64,000 nt of DNA from the human T2T-CHM13v2.0 reference genome, Homo sapiens (GCF_009914755.1 NC_060926.1), one strand, 5' to 3'; shown: positions 48,596 to 64,000, counted from the stretch's first letter. Numbers and translations are program-made. Notes: generated by a model from the sequence alone, not told the origin.

Positions 48596-49019
48596 ACCAG
48601 CAATACATAATTTTTAATACCATGTTATTAAAATCAAAATGACAATATTGGCTAGGGAAATTTAGTGAAAGCAAAATCTAGTAGAACTTATTTTCTAAGC
48701 AATTTGCTTGGTATGGTACGCAACACTTGAAAAAAAGAAAGAAGGAAATACTTTCTATCTTTTTAGGTCAAGATAGTGTTTTTGTACTCAATTGAGAACA
48801 AGGCAAATTCAACTGGAATTCACTGACTCATTTAAGTAAATAGTAGAACTGTACTGAGGAGAATCAGATATTGTTAAAATACACTACCTAGAGACTTATT
48901 TCAGAAACAACAAGTAAATGGCGGGTCAGGACAACTATATAAACTTTGGGGAGATAATTTTTTTTTTTAATTAAGAATGTATTGGATGAAATTTACTGCA
49001 GAATAAAGAATTAGTAAAT

Positions 49020-50203
49020 TAGAAAAGATATTAAATGTAAATGGACTAAAAACAAATGAAAAGATTCCTATATTAAATTAAAATATATATAAATTTACAT
49101 GTTGCTTTTAAAAGACATACCCTTAAATAGGAGGATTCATAAACACTGAAAGTAAAAGAATTAAAAAAGACATATTATACATGCCAAAGTATAGCTAGTA
49201 TTGCTTTACATTATAAGATAACATAGGTTTCAGGCAAAAAAAAATTATTAAAATAAAGAAAAGCATTTTATAATGATAAAAGATTTATTAGAAAAATTTA
49301 GCCTCAAAATATATCTTAATAAATATACAAGGCAAAAACTGATAAAAATAAAAGGAAAATTTGACACAACCATATCTATCTATAACCACAGTGGAAAAGT
49401 TTAACACATGTCTCTCAGTAATTGATTATGCAAGTTGATTAAATTGTAACAGGATAAAGATGATTTCAAGAATACAATAAACAAATCTGACCCATTTGGT
49501 GCAAAGACAGGAGTATTATTTTCAAGCTCATTGTGTGAAGCCAGCCTAAACAATCTCACAAGCACATTACAAGAAAAAACATACATAATACAATCTCTCA
49601 TATTCATAGGTAAACAAAATATTAGCAAACCAAATATAGCAGTAATTAAAAGACTAAGACACCAAGACTAAAATGGGCTTATTTCAGGAATGCACAGCTG
49701 ATTATACTTTCAAAATTCGATCACTGACAAGCTGATTCTAAAATTCATATGGAAATGCAAGGAACCCAGAATAGCCAAAACAATCTTGAAAATGAACAAA
49801 GCTAGAGGACTTCTACTTCCTGGTTGTAAAATTTACTACAAAGTGACAATAATCAAGGCAGTGTAGCACTACTAGCATAATGACAACCAGCTAGGTCAAT
49901 GGAACAGAACTGAAAGTCCAGAAATAAGCCTTTACATTTACAGTCAATTTTTTGACAAGGGTCCTAAGAGGATTCAATAGGAAAAGAGTAACTTTTTCAA
50001 CAAATAGTGCTGAGACAACTAGATGTTCATATAAAAGAATGAAATTAAACCCCCACCTCATGCTGCATATGAAAATTAACTTAAAATGGATCAAAGATTA
50101 AAACATAACAGTTAAAACTATAAAACTTCAAGGAGAAAACACAAGAGTAAACCTTTGTAATCTTGGGTTATGGTATGGTTTTAGACAACAACACTAAAAG
50201 CAA
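49020..50203 (+). mobile_element. Old L1M ORF2 remnants
   Basis: ctaaaattcatatggaaatgcaaggaacccagaatagccaaaacaatcttgaaa and onward; ends at the DxTPKA-coding position. Confidence 0.8.
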
Positions 50204-50206
50204 AAA

Positions 50207-53200
50207 CATGAAGTCTTTGAACATGCCTATGTCCTGAATGGTATTGCCTAGGTTTTCTTCTAAGGTTTTTATGGTTTTAGGTCTTATGTTTAAGTCTTTA
50301 ATCCATCTTGAGTTAATTTTTGGATAAGGTGTAAGGAAGGGGTCCTGTTTCAGTTTTCTGCATATGGCTAGCCAGTTTTCCCAACACCATTCACTAAATA
50401 GGGAATCAATAGGAAATCCTTTCCCCATTTCTTGTTTTTGTCAGGTTTGTCAAAGAGCAGATGGTTGTAGATGTGTAGTGTTATTTCTGAGGCCTCTGTT
50501 CTGATCCATTGGTTTATATATCTCTTTTGGTAACAGTACCATGCTGCTTTGGTTACTGTAGCCTTGTAGCACAGTTTGAAGTCAAACTAGGTAGCGTGAT
50601 GCCTCCAGCTTTGTTCTTTTTGCCTAGGATTGTTTTGGCTATACGGGCTCTTTTTTGGTTCCATATGAAATTTAAAGTAGTTTTTTCTAAGTCTGTGAAG
50701 AAAGTCAATGGTAGCTTGATGGGGATAGCATTGAATCTGTAAGTTACTTTGGGCAATATGGCCACTTTCACAGTATTGATTCTTCCTATCCATGAGCATG
50801 GAATGTTTTTCCATTTGATTGTGCCCTCTCTTATTTCCTTGAGCAGTGGTTTGTAGTTCTCCTTGAAGAGGTCCTTCACCTCCATTGTAAGTTGTATTCC
50901 TAGGCATTTCATTCTCTTTGTAGCAATTGTTAATGAGAGTTCATACATGTTTTGGCTCTCTGTTGGTCTATTATTGGTGTATAAAAATGCTTGTGATTTT
51001 TGCATACTGATTTTGTATCCTGAGACACTGCTGAAGTTGCTTATCAGCTTAAGAAGATTTTGGGCTGAGATGATGGGGTTTTCTAAATATACAATCATGT
51101 CATCTGCAAACAGACAATTTGACTTCCTCTCTTCCTATCCGAATATCTTTTCTTTCTTTCTCTTGCTTGATTGCCCTGGCCAGAACTACCAATACTATGC
51201 TGAATAGGAGTGGTGAAAGAAGGCATCCTTGTGTGCCAGCTTTCAAAGAGAATGTTTCCAGCTTTCACCCATTCAGTATGATATTGGCTGTGGGTGTGTC
51301 ATAAATAGCTCTTATCACTTTTAGATACATTCCATCAATACCTAGTTTATTGACAGTTTTTTTTAGCATGAAGGGGTGTTGAATTTTATGGAAGGCCTTT
51401 TCTGCATCTATTGAGATAATCATGTGTTGTTATTGGTTATGTTTATGTGATGGATTACGTTTACTGATTTGCATATGTTGAACCAGCCTTGAATCCCAGG
51501 AATGAAGCTGACTTGATCTTGGTGGATAAGCTTTGTGATGTGCTGCTGGATTCAGTTTGCCAGTATTTTATTGAGTATTTTCGTATCGATGTTCATCAGA
51601 AATAATGGCCAGAAATCATCTTTTTTTGTTGTGTCTCTGCCAGGTTTTGGTATCAGCATGATGCTAGCCTCATAAAATGAGTTAGGTAGGAGTCCCTCTT
51701 TTTCTACTGTTTGGAATAATTTCAGAAGGAATGGTACCAGCTCCTCTTAGTACCTCTGGTACAAATTCGGCCGTGAATCTGTCTGGTCCTGGGCTGTTTT
51801 GGTTGGTAGGCTATTAATAGTTCTCTATTTCCTTCAGTTCTGCTCTGATCTTAGTTATTTCTTATCTTCTGCTAGCTTTTGAATTTGTTTGTGATATTAG
51901 GGTGTCGATTTTAGATCTTTCCTGCTTTCTCCTGTGGGCATTTAGTGCTACAAATTTCCCTCTACACACTGCTTTAGCTGTGTCCCAGAGATTCTGGTAC
52001 GTTGTGTCTTTGTTCTCATTGGTTTCAAAGAATTTATTTACTTCCGCCTTCATTTCGTTATTTACCCAGTAGTCATTCAGGAGCAGGTTGTTCAGTTTCC
52101 ATGTAGTTGTGCGGTTTTGAGTGAGTTTCTTAATCCTGAGTTCTAATTTGCTTGCACTGTGGTCTGAGAGACTGTTTGTTATGATTTCCATTCTTTTGCA
52201 TTTGCTGAGGAGTGCATTACATCCAATTCTGTGGTCAATTTTAGAATAAGAGTAATGTGGTGCTAAGAATGTATATTCTGTTGATTTGCGGTGGAGAATT
52301 CTATAGACGTCTATTAGGTCTGCTTGGTCCTGAGCTGAGTTCAAGTCCTGAATATCCTTGTTAATTTTGTCTCATTAATCTGTCTAATATTGACAGTGGG
52401 GCATTAAATCTCCTACTATTATCGTATGGAAGTCTAAGTCTCTTTGTAGGTCTCTAAGAATTTGCTTTATGAATCTAGGTGCTCCTGTATTGGGTGCATA
52501 TATATTTAAAACAGTTAGCTCTTCTTGTTGCACTGATCCCTTTGCCATTATGTAATGCCCTTATCTCTTTTGATCTTTGTTGGTTTAAAGTCTGTTTTAC
52601 CAGACACTAGGATTGCAACCCCTGTTTTTTCTTTTTTTTTTGGCTTTCCATTTGCTTGGTAAATATTCTTCCATCCCTTTATTTTGAGCCTATGTGTGTC
52701 TTTGCACGTGAGATGGGTCTTCTGAACACGGCACACTGATGGGTCTTGACTCTATCCAGTTTGCCAGTCTGTGTCTTTCAATTGGGGCATTTAAGGTTAA
52801 TATTGTTATATGTGAATCTGATCCTGTCATTATGATACTAGCTGGTTATTTTGCCCATTAGTTGATGAAATTTCTTCACAGTGTTGATGGTCTTTACAAC
52901 TTGGTATGTTTTTGCAGTGGCTGGTACCAGTTGTTCCTTTCCATGTTTAGTGCTTCCTTCAGGAGCTCTTGTAAGGCAGGCCTGGTGGTGAGAAAATCTC
53001 TCAGCATTTGCTTGTCTGTAAAGGATTTTATTTCACCTTCACTTTTGAAGCTTAGTTTGGCTGGATATGAAATTCTGGGTTGAAAATCCTTTTCCTTAAG
53101 AATGACGAATATTGGACCCCACTCTCTTCTGGCTTGTAGGGTTTCTGCTGAGAGATCCACTGTTAGTCTGATGAGCTTCCCTTCGTTACCCAGGTAACCC

Positions 53201-55242
53201 AGCCTTTCTCTCTGGCTGCCCTTAACATTTTTTCCTTCATTTCAACCTTGGTGAATCTGACAATTATGTGTCTTGTGGTTGCTCTTCTCAAGGAGCATCT
53301 TTGTGGTGTTCTCCATATTTCCTGAATTTGAATGTTGGCCTGTCTTGCTAGGTTGGGGAAGTTTTCCTGGATAATATCCTTAAGTGTGTTTTCCAACTTG
53401 GTTCTATTCTCCCTGTCACTTTCAGGTACACCAATCAAAAATAGTTTGGTCTTTTCACATAGTCCCATATTTCTTGGAGGCTTTGTTCATTCCCTTTCAT
53501 TCTTCTTTCTCTAACCTTGTCTTCACACTTTATTTCATTAAGTTGATCTTCAATCTCTGATATCCTTTCTTCTGCTTGGTCAATTTGGCTATTGATATTT
53601 GTGTATGATTCACAAAGTTCTCATGCTGTGTTTTTCAGCTCCATCAGGTCATTTATGTTCTTCTCTAAACTGGTTATTGTAGTTAGCAATTCCTCTAACC
53701 TTTTTTCGAAGTTCTTAGCTTCCCTGCATTGGGGTAGAACATGCTCTTTAAGCTTGGAGAAGTTTGTTATTACCCACCTTCTGAAGCCTACTTCTGTGAA
53801 TTCATCAAACTCATTCTCCGTCCACTTTTGTTCCCTTGCTGGCGAGGAGTGATCCTTTGGAGGAGAAGAGGCATTCTGGTTTTGGGAATTTTCAGCCTTT
53901 TTGTGCTGTTTTTTCCTCATCTTCGTGGATTTATCTACCTTTGGTCTTTGATGTTGGTGACCTTCAGATGGGATTTTTGTGTGAGCGTCCTTTTTGTTGA
54001 TACTGATGCTACTCCTTTCTGTATGTTAGTTTTCCTTCTAACAGTCAGGCCCCTCTGCTGCAGGTCTGTTGGAGTTTGCTAGAGGTCCACTCAAGACTCT
54101 GTTTGCCTGGGTATCACCAGCAGAAGCTGCAGAACAGCAAAGGTTGCTGCCTGTTCCTTCCTCTGGGAGGAGGCACTGCCAGATGCCAGCTGGGGCTCTC
54201 CTGTCTGAGGTGTCTGTTGACCCCTGCTGGGAGGTGTCTCCCAGTCAGGGGGCATGGGGGTCAGGGACCCACTTGAGGAGACAGTCTGTCCCTTAGCAGA
54301 GCTTGAGTGCTGTGCTGGGAGATATGCTGCTCTCTTCGGAGCCAACAGGCAGGAACATTTAAGTCTGCTAAAGCTGTGAGCACAGCTGCCCCTTCCCCCA
54401 GGTGCTCTGTCCCAGGAAGATGGGAATTTTATCTATAAGCCCCTGACTGGGGCTCCTTTCTTTTGGAGATGCCCTGCTCAGAGAGGAGGAATATAGAGAG
54501 GCATTCTGGCTAGAGTGGCTTTGCGTGCTGCGGTGGGTTCCGCACCCAGTTCGAACTTCCCAGCAGCTTTGTTTACACCGTGAGGGGAAAACCGCCTACT
54601 CAAGCCTCAGTAATGGCAAATGCCCCTCCCCCTACCAAGCTCGACCGTCCCAGATAGACTTCAGACTGCGTGCTGGAAGTGAGAATTTCAAGCCAGTGGA
54701 TCTACTTAGCTTGCTGGGCTCCATGGGGTGGGATCTGCTGAGGTAGAACACTTGGCTCCCTAGCTTCAGCCCCCTTTCCAGAGGAGTGAATGATTGTCTC
54801 GCTGGTGTTCCAGGAGCCACTGTGGTATGAAAAAAACTCCTGCAGCTAGCTTGGTGTCTGCCCAAAGGGCTGTCTGGTTTTGTGCTTGAAACCCAGGGCC
54901 CTGGTGGTGTAGGTACCCTAGGGAATCTCCTGGTCTGTGGGTTACGAAGCCCATGGGAAAAGCATAGTATCTGGGCTGGAATGCACCATTTCTCACGGCA
55001 TAGTCCCTCACAGCTTCCCTTGGCTAAGGGAGGGAGTTCCCTGACCCCTTGCACTTCCCGGATGAGGAAACGCCCCACCCTGCTTTGGCTTGCCCTCCAT
55101 GGGCTGCACCCACTATCTAACCAGTCTCAATGAGATGAGCCAAGTACCTCAATTGGAAATGCAGAAATCACTGGTCTTCTGAGTTGATCTCGCTGGGAGC
55201 TGCAGATTGGAACTGTTCCTATTCAGCCATCTTGCCAGCCAC
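50207..55242 (-). mobile_element. L1PA (about PA7) with intact 5'UTR, broken ORF1/ORF2, 3'-truncated
   Basis: 5' start ggtggctggcaagatggctgaatagg; ORF1 pieces 53920-52894 (DIIQENFPNLARQ, FQPRISYPAKLSF); ORF2 pieces; about 330-bp internal deletion near 51820 relative to the 17-20 kb L1; stops at KDFM with no 3'UTR or poly(A). Confidence 0.95.
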
Positions 55243-55569
55243 CATAGTCCTGTAACTTGTAGTTATGGAGCTGGGTCACAAACTCAGGTCATGTGGCTAT
55301 AGATGTCATATGCCACATTTTCAGCTGCTATTCTATACGCTTCCCCTACTGAGAAGATCTATCTGCTGAGAGGCACTGCAGCATGTTATTTCCTTGTTTG
55401 CTTAATCTTGCTTCCTACTTCTGTTTGTTGCTATCAAAAATTCCAAAATAATAGGGTTCAGGAGGGAGAATTTGGAGCTGATTGTTGGACAGGGGAAACT
55501 GTTTCTGTCCCTCAGATTAGGTGATTTATCAGGGAGAGCCCATTTATTATTTTTAATTCCATTTATTAT

Positions 55570-55875
55570 TTTATTCCATTTACACGACCTACTTGAAAGG
55601 ACAAAATTTTAGAAATGGATAATAGATTAGTGGTTAGGTTGGGGTGGGATAGAAGTGGTTGTGGCTATAAGAAGGCAACATGAGGGATCCTCCTGGGATG
55701 GAAATGTTCTCTATTTTGACTGTGTCAATATCCTGGTTGTACTGTAGTTTTCTAAGATGTTACCACTGGAGGAAACTAGGGAAAGGTCCACAGTATCTCT
55801 CCGCATTATTTCTTACAATTTCCCGTGAATTTACAATGAACTCAAAAAGTATGATCTTTTTTAGATTAAAAAAAA
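55570..55875 (+). mobile_element. Old L1M 3'-end fragment
   Basis: gatggaaatgttctctattttgactgtg...gatgttaccactggaggaaact. Confidence 0.7.
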
Positions 55876-55886
55876 CAAAACACCCT

Positions 55887-56000
55887 GGCTTGGGCATGAT
55901 GATTACACCTGTAATCCCAGAACTTTGGGAGGCAGCAGCAGAAAGATCACTTGAGCCAGGGAGGTCCAGGCTGCAGTGAGCTAAACAGAGCAAGACTCAG
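55887..56000 (+). mobile_element. Partial Alu monomer
   Basis: cacctgtaatcccagaactttgggaggc...ggctgcagtgagc. Confidence 0.8.
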
Positions 56001-56624
56001 AAAGATAAAACTCCAAGATCATGTAGCTAACAGCAGAAGTAAGACCTATATTTGGGTCTTTCATCCCTTTTTATCACACGAATGCTCCATCTCTACTTCA
56101 GGGCTAAATCCCACTGAAAATATCTATTTTAAATATTAATATACTGGTCCTATAAACAGTTATATCCTATGAAAAGTAATCATCCAACTCCCTGAATTTC
56201 ATTTTTTCATGCATTCAACAAATGTGTATTCGGTTGTTCACATGTAGCAGACATTGTGCTAGGCTCCAGATATATAATAGTAAATATATTATTACATGCA
56301 GTTCTGAAGAAAGACTACAGGGGAAGTACTGGGTGTTAAGGGAGCATACACACGGGACTAATTTTTCAGATTAGAGTGTTTGGAAGGCTTCTAAATATAC
56401 ATACATCAAAGTTCATACTTCAACAACATTAACCAGAGAGGAAGGGATCAAAGAGTGTTTTAGGAAGAGGATATGGTATATATAAAGGCTGTGAACCGGA
56501 GGTAAAAGGAAGGAAGCAAGCAGTAAGGAATTCTCTGTCTTCATCTTACCGGACCTATCAGTAATCACTCCCTCTTCATTAAATCTTTTTTTTCCACTTA
56601 AATTCTTTTTTTTTTTTTTGTTTT

Positions 56625-56929
56625 GGTCAGGCACGGTGGCTCATGCCTGTAATCCCAGCACTTTGGGAGGCCGAGGCGGGTGGATAATTTGAGGTAAGGA
56701 GTTCAAGACCAGCCTGGCAAACATAGCGAAAACCCATCTCTACTAAAAATAAAAATAAAAATAATTAGCCGGGCATGGTGGCAGGTGCCTTGCCTGTAAT
56801 CACAGCTACTGGAGAGTCTGAGGCAGGAGATCGGTTGAACCCAGGAGACGGAGGTTACAGTGAGCCAAGTTCATGCCACTGCACTCCAGCCTGGGTGACA
56901 GAGTAAGACTCCACCTCAAAGAGAAAAAA
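56625..56929 (+). mobile_element. Alu (S-type)
   Basis: Full dimer. Confidence 0.93.
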
Positions 56930-56932
56930 GGA

Positions 56933-57429
<497 letters not shown>

Positions 57430-57788
57430 TAAAAGCAAGAATATTACAATCTTTCTTTCTACAGGCAACTGTTTTCAGATTAATGATAAAATAATTCCCA
57501 CTTATTGGGTGACCTCTTTCTGCAAACCACTACACTAGGAAATTTTAGAAGAAGTCTTGAAATTCTCAAAACAACTCATAAGATAAATATAATTATCCTC
57601 ACGTTAAGGACAAGAAAATTTAAAAGTTCAGAAATGTTATATAACTTACACGAGGTTTAAAAGTTAGCAACTGGTGACATTAGGCCTAGAACTCAGGTTG
57701 GTCTAATTTAAAAGTCTGAATTTTTGCCATTATGCAACATTGCCTCTCCAAATCACTCACTCAAGAAATACTTAAGAAGTACCTATTA

Positions 57789-58078
<290 letters not shown>

Positions 58079-58406
58079 CCTACTATGCTTCAGACACTAC
58101 AGAAGGTATTGGGTAAACAATGATGAATTTGTGCCATTGTAGCCTCACATCCAAGCCCAGGGGAAATGACAGCTGTAAACAACACAACACAATGCGATAA
58201 GTGCTATGAAAATAGAATATATATAAGGCACTACACATAAGAGGGAACATTGGCTTTATACGGCAGCAAGTAATCAAAAAAGCCTTCACTTGTGAGAAAA
58301 AATGCTTGGTATGGTACACCTTACTTAAATACCAGATGCCACTCACGCTAAAACTTGAAGAGTGGAGTCTGCAGACAGAGAATCATGATAAGGATATTCT
58401 AGAGAG

Positions 58407-58993
58407 TGTGGGAAAGACAGTTTCTGGGTGCCAGATGAGTTGGTCTCCCCTGTGTGAGACACCCATGGGGAGCCATGGGCGGCCTCTGAGGAGAAAAGTC
58501 TCCTTACTGCCTTCATGTCTTTATGCTCCTAGAGCATAACAGCTCTGCAGCATGCCACAGGTTGCTCAGGGAAATAACACTCCCTTGAAGCAGGGGAGTA
58601 TAATCAAACAACTTGGATTCTCCTGAAACCCACTCCCACCAATTTCAGTCCCGAAAAGTTAAAGATCTTAAGTAGTTTAGACACACGCCTTTGCTCAAGG
58701 AAATTCACAGAAACCGCCACTGCTATAACATCTTATTGAATGACTCACAAGTTCTCCTTCACTGATTAATCCTTTTCCTCTTCCCTTCCTATTCCTCCCA
58801 TTTGCCCTAAGAACAAAGAGCTTGTAAACCAATAAATTGGGTGGAGGCCAACAGCTTGAGGCTACGAGCAAGCCTCCGATGCTCCAGTCCCCTGGACTCG
58901 CCTTTTAAACTCTTATTCTGTCTCTTTCTAATTCCTTTGTTTCTGCTGGACTTGGGGTACCCGCCGGGTGGTGTGGGGCTGGTTTCCCCAACA
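58407..58993 (+). mobile_element. ERVK-class solo LTR (LTR14B-like, HML-1)
   Basis: tgtgggaaag...ccccaaca ends; AATAAA at 58831; flanks gagag/gggag; family name from recall. Confidence 0.7.
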
Positions 58994-59040
58994 GGGAGAA
59001 AAAAGCCACAGTTGCAAAGGCATAAAGTTTTAGAAAATCT

Positions 59041-59256
59041 GGCCAGGCAAGGTAGCTCACGCCTGTAATCCCAGCACTTTGGGAGGCCGAGGCAGGCAGA
59101 TCACCTGAGGTCAGGAGTTCAAGACCAGCCTGGCCAACATAGTGAATCCCTGTCTCTACTAAAAATACAAAAATTAGCCAGGCCGAGATCACACCACTGC
59201 ACTCCAGCCTGGGTGACAGAGTGAGACTCCATCTCAAAAGAAAAAGAAAAAAAAAG
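59041..59256 (+). mobile_element. Alu (S-type) with right-arm deletion
   Basis: aaaattagccag joined to gccgagatcacacc; TSD aaagttttagaaaatc. Confidence 0.93.
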
Positions 59257-59269
59257 TTTTAGAAAATCC

Positions 59270-60500
59270 TAAGCAGTTTAGTATAGCTAAAGAATAAGAT
59301 CCTTGTGACATGTAGTAAAGAAGTAAAAACAGGCCAAGTCAAAGAGGTGCCATGCTAAGAGTTTGGACTTTTTTCTGTAAGGAATTGGAAGCAATTTTTA
59401 AAGTGTAATCAGATTGCTATTTTACAAAGATTACCTTGTCAAGTTTAGAAAAATGAATGTGGGGGCAGGAATAACCTTTTAGAAGGCTACCACAAATAGT
59501 CCAGGTAATACAATTCATAATCTCTTCATAGACTCCTATATCTAATTACCTACCTGACATTTTGGATATCTCCAATATCCAAACAGACATTTTTAGCTTA
59601 AAAGTCCAAAACCAGTCTTGATTTCTCACCAAATTTGTGTGCCCCTGTAGTCTCAGTAAATAGTACAACCATGCAAGTTACTCAAACTGGGTTTCATTCT
59701 TGATTTCTCCCTTTCCCTAAACCACCAAGTTGAATCCACTTATTATTCATTATTCCCAAAATATTAATGTATCTCAAGTCTATCCTTTTCCCCCCCAAGT
59801 TCCACTGCTATCACCAAATCCAAGCCATCATCACCGCTCAACAGGATTAGCACAACAGCTCCCAACTGGACTCCTCTAAATTTCCCTTAATACCACTTGG
59901 TTTCCTTAAAGTACTTATTGTAATTGGCAATTATTCTTCTCTGTTTCCTTAAATTTTGTCTCTCACTTCTGTTAGAATGTCTTCATAAATCAGGAATCAT
60001 AGACTTTCTTATGGTTTTATTTCAGGACTCTAGCATCTAGCATCAGCCTGATTAACGGAAACAATATTAATAAAAAAGCAACACACACTTATTATGTGTC
60101 AGGTACTGTTTTAAGTATTTTATGTATTAAATCATTTGATCCTCACAAAAGCCTCTAAGGTAGGTATTCTCATTATCTCAGTTTTACAAATAAGGAAACT
60201 GAGACACAGATGGTCAACTAATCTGCCCAAGGTAACACAAGTAAATGACACAACAAAGAATCAAGCCTAGGCAGACTCCAGCCTATAGTCTTGATTATTC
60301 AGTACCTCTTTCAGTAGATGCTCAGTAAATATTCCCTGAGCAAATAAACACATGAGAGAATACAGAGGGTAGAACAGATTTAGGGGTGAAGATTGTGGGC
60401 CATGATTTGGGACATGCTGAATTTGAAGTACTTGGAGAAGGCTGTGAAGTACAGTGGGATAAACAGTTTTAAGTTACAGATAAGCATTTAGAAGTTATCA
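59270..60500. mobile_element. L2 and MIR remnants
   Basis: MIR core gttttacaaataaggaaactgagacacaga at about 60181; L2-like ccaagccatcatcacc. Confidence 0.65.
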
Positions 60501-60607
60501 GGTTCTCCTGGAAGCCACCTACAAAATACAAGTATCTATATTTAAAAAGTGATTATATAATTTAAAAAATAAGATGGGCTTTTAAATTGTAACCATTTTG
60601 GTCGAAT

Positions 60608-60900
60608 TCTTTTTTCTTTTTTTTTTGAGAAAGAGTTTCGCTCTTGTTGCCCAGGCTGGAGTGCAATGGCACAATCTCGGGTCACTGCAACCTGGGCCTC
60701 CCGGGTTCAAGCTCCTGCCTCAGCCTCCTGAGTAGCTGGAACTACAGGCATGCACCACCACAGCTGGCTACTTTTTTGTATTTTAGTAGAGACGGGGTTT
60801 CACCATTTTAGTCAGGCTGGTCTCGAACTCCCGACCTCAGGTGATCCACCCGCCTCGGCCTCCCAAAGTGCTGGGATTACAGGCTTAAGCCACCGCGACC
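60608..60900 (-). mobile_element. Alu (S-type)
   Basis: Antisense Alu; TSD core gaattct. Confidence 0.93.
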
Positions 60901-62036
60901 ATCCTGTAGAATTCTATAATAGAAATATGTTTTAACAAAGCATAGAATGACCCATTGATTCTCGATGACACCCAAGAAAAATTCTGTATTGTTACTATGA
61001 AATGAAATACTTGGCTTTAAGAAGTCATATTTGGTATATATATAAATGTCAAACTTGCATTTTGTTAAAATATGAAAGTGCAGAGATTTTTAACTTGACA
61101 AAAATCTAACTAATAAATTACAAGAAAAGCTGAGAATAACAAGAAAATGACTGAAAAAGAAGAGCGGGAACACACCTTACCTCTAGACACCAAAACATAT
61201 TATTACAAAGTTACAGAAATTAAGATAATGGGTATGGTACAAGTCAAAGAAAAGAGAGAACAATGAAAAAGAACAGTGTCCAAAGAGAACCATGTATAAA
61301 TGAGAATTGTGAATATGATAAAATTATATTTTAAATTAATGGGTATGGAGAGATGAATTATTTAATAAATGGTATTGGGTTTAGCCTAAAAAAGATTAAT
61401 CTTTATTTTGTTCCTTATACCAAAAAAATTACAGATAAATTATAAAATACAAAAATGTTTTAATTAGATATATAATTTTTTTACTAATCTGGGGTGGGGA
61501 AAGCATTTCTAAGCATCACAAATAAATTAGAAGCTATAAAAAAAGATGGATAGATTTGGACACTAAAATAATTTAAACTTCTAGCCATAGGAAGAAAACA
61601 TTAAAAAGTTAAAAGATATTTCAAAATGGGAGTAAAGATGTGAGAAATATGACAAAGAATTAACAGCCTATGAAGTAATTTTTAAAAAATATTAAGAGAC
61701 AATGACAGCAACAGGCTACACAAAAGAGACTAAACACCAAAGGATAATAAACATAAAAAAGATGCTCTACATCAATAGAATTCAACTAGATACAAATGAA
61801 ATATAATGAACCATCACCTTTTAGATCAGATTGAATAGAGTAAAACATGGGAAATGGGTGCTCTCAAACACCATTAGTAGGAAAGAAAATGGGAACATCC
61901 TTTCTGAAGAGCAACTTAGAAATCACAGAGTATTTGTGGCTAAAAAACCTACTTCTAAAAGGTTAGATTCAAGGGATAATCAGGGAAGCATACAAAGAGA
62001 GTGCACATGACAGCATTACCTATAAAACCTAGTCTA

Positions 62037-62391
<355 letters not shown>

Positions 62392-62663
62392 GAAATCCTA
62401 TCATGCTCTGCACAGATGAACCTTGAAGACATTATAGAAAGTGAAATAAATTAGCCACAAAAAGTGAAATAGTGTACTACATGATTCCACTTACATGAGG
62501 TATCTAAAGTATGTAGTCAAATTCAGAAACAGAAAGTGGAATGGTGGCTGTGGTGCAAAGGATACAGGGGAGTTGCAGTTGTTGTTTGATAAGTATAGAA
62601 TTTCACATCTGCAAGATGAAAAAGTTCTAGATAGCTATTGCACAAGGTACATTTAATTGTACT

Positions 62664-63727
<1,064 letters not shown>

Positions 63728-63733
63728 ATCATC

Positions 63734-63752
63734 TGGCACCCACACATGGGGC
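63734..63752 (+). promoter_or_regulatory. Decayed retroviral primer-binding site (tRNA-Lys-like)
   Basis: tggcacccacacatggggc versus TGGCGCCCAACGTGGGGC, 6 nt after the LTR end; differences are two CpG-type G>A changes and one inserted C. Confidence 0.6.
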
Positions 63753-63800
63753 CTCAGAGAAGACTCAGGGTCACACTATACATTTAAAAATGGTTAAGAT

Positions 63801-64000
63801 GACCAGGCACGGTGGCTCACACCTGTAATCCCAGCACTTTGGGAGGTGAGGTGGGTGGATCACTCGAGGTCAGGAGTTCGAGACCAGCCTGGGCAACATG
63901 GTGAAACCCCATCTCTATTAAAAATACAAAAGTTAGCCAGGCATGATGGTGCATGCCTATAATCCCAGCTACTCAGGAGGCTGAGACAGGAGAATCACTT
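63801..64000 (+). mobile_element. Alu (S-type), cut by window edge
   Basis: Alu consensus. Confidence 0.95.

Overview
Human or great-ape genomic DNA, AT-rich and almost entirely intronic. One real coding exon is present, and the ORF track missed it: the 168-nt first coding exon of ZRANB3 on the minus strand (40853-41020, ATG at 41013, translating MPRVHNIKKSLTPHISCVTNESDNLLDFLPDRLRAKLLPFQKDGIIFALKRNG). The rest is ZRANB3 intron. It holds a full-length processed G3BP1 pseudogene with an 18-bp target-site duplication (TSD), two large L1PA elements in the gene's sense orientation, a full-length Tigger1, MER11/LTR14/MST/MLT1/MER4 LTRs, about 35 Alus, old L1M/L2/MIR debris and microsatellites. I found no novel protein-coding system; the other listed ORFs appear to be Alu, L1, Tigger, LTR or pseudogene read-throughs or chance ORFs. 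The most unusual signal is a cluster of apparent repair or template-switch scars: two templated insertions copied from 1.5 and 5.3 kb away, a higher-order minisatellite and hairpin grown from a Tigger1 end, several short tandem duplications, and two inverted L1s cut at nearly the same ORF2 position with a matching fragment 48 kb away. Repeat subfamily names are from recalled consensus sequences and need RepeatMasker/Dfam confirmation. Repeat boundaries are approximate unless a TSD is cited.
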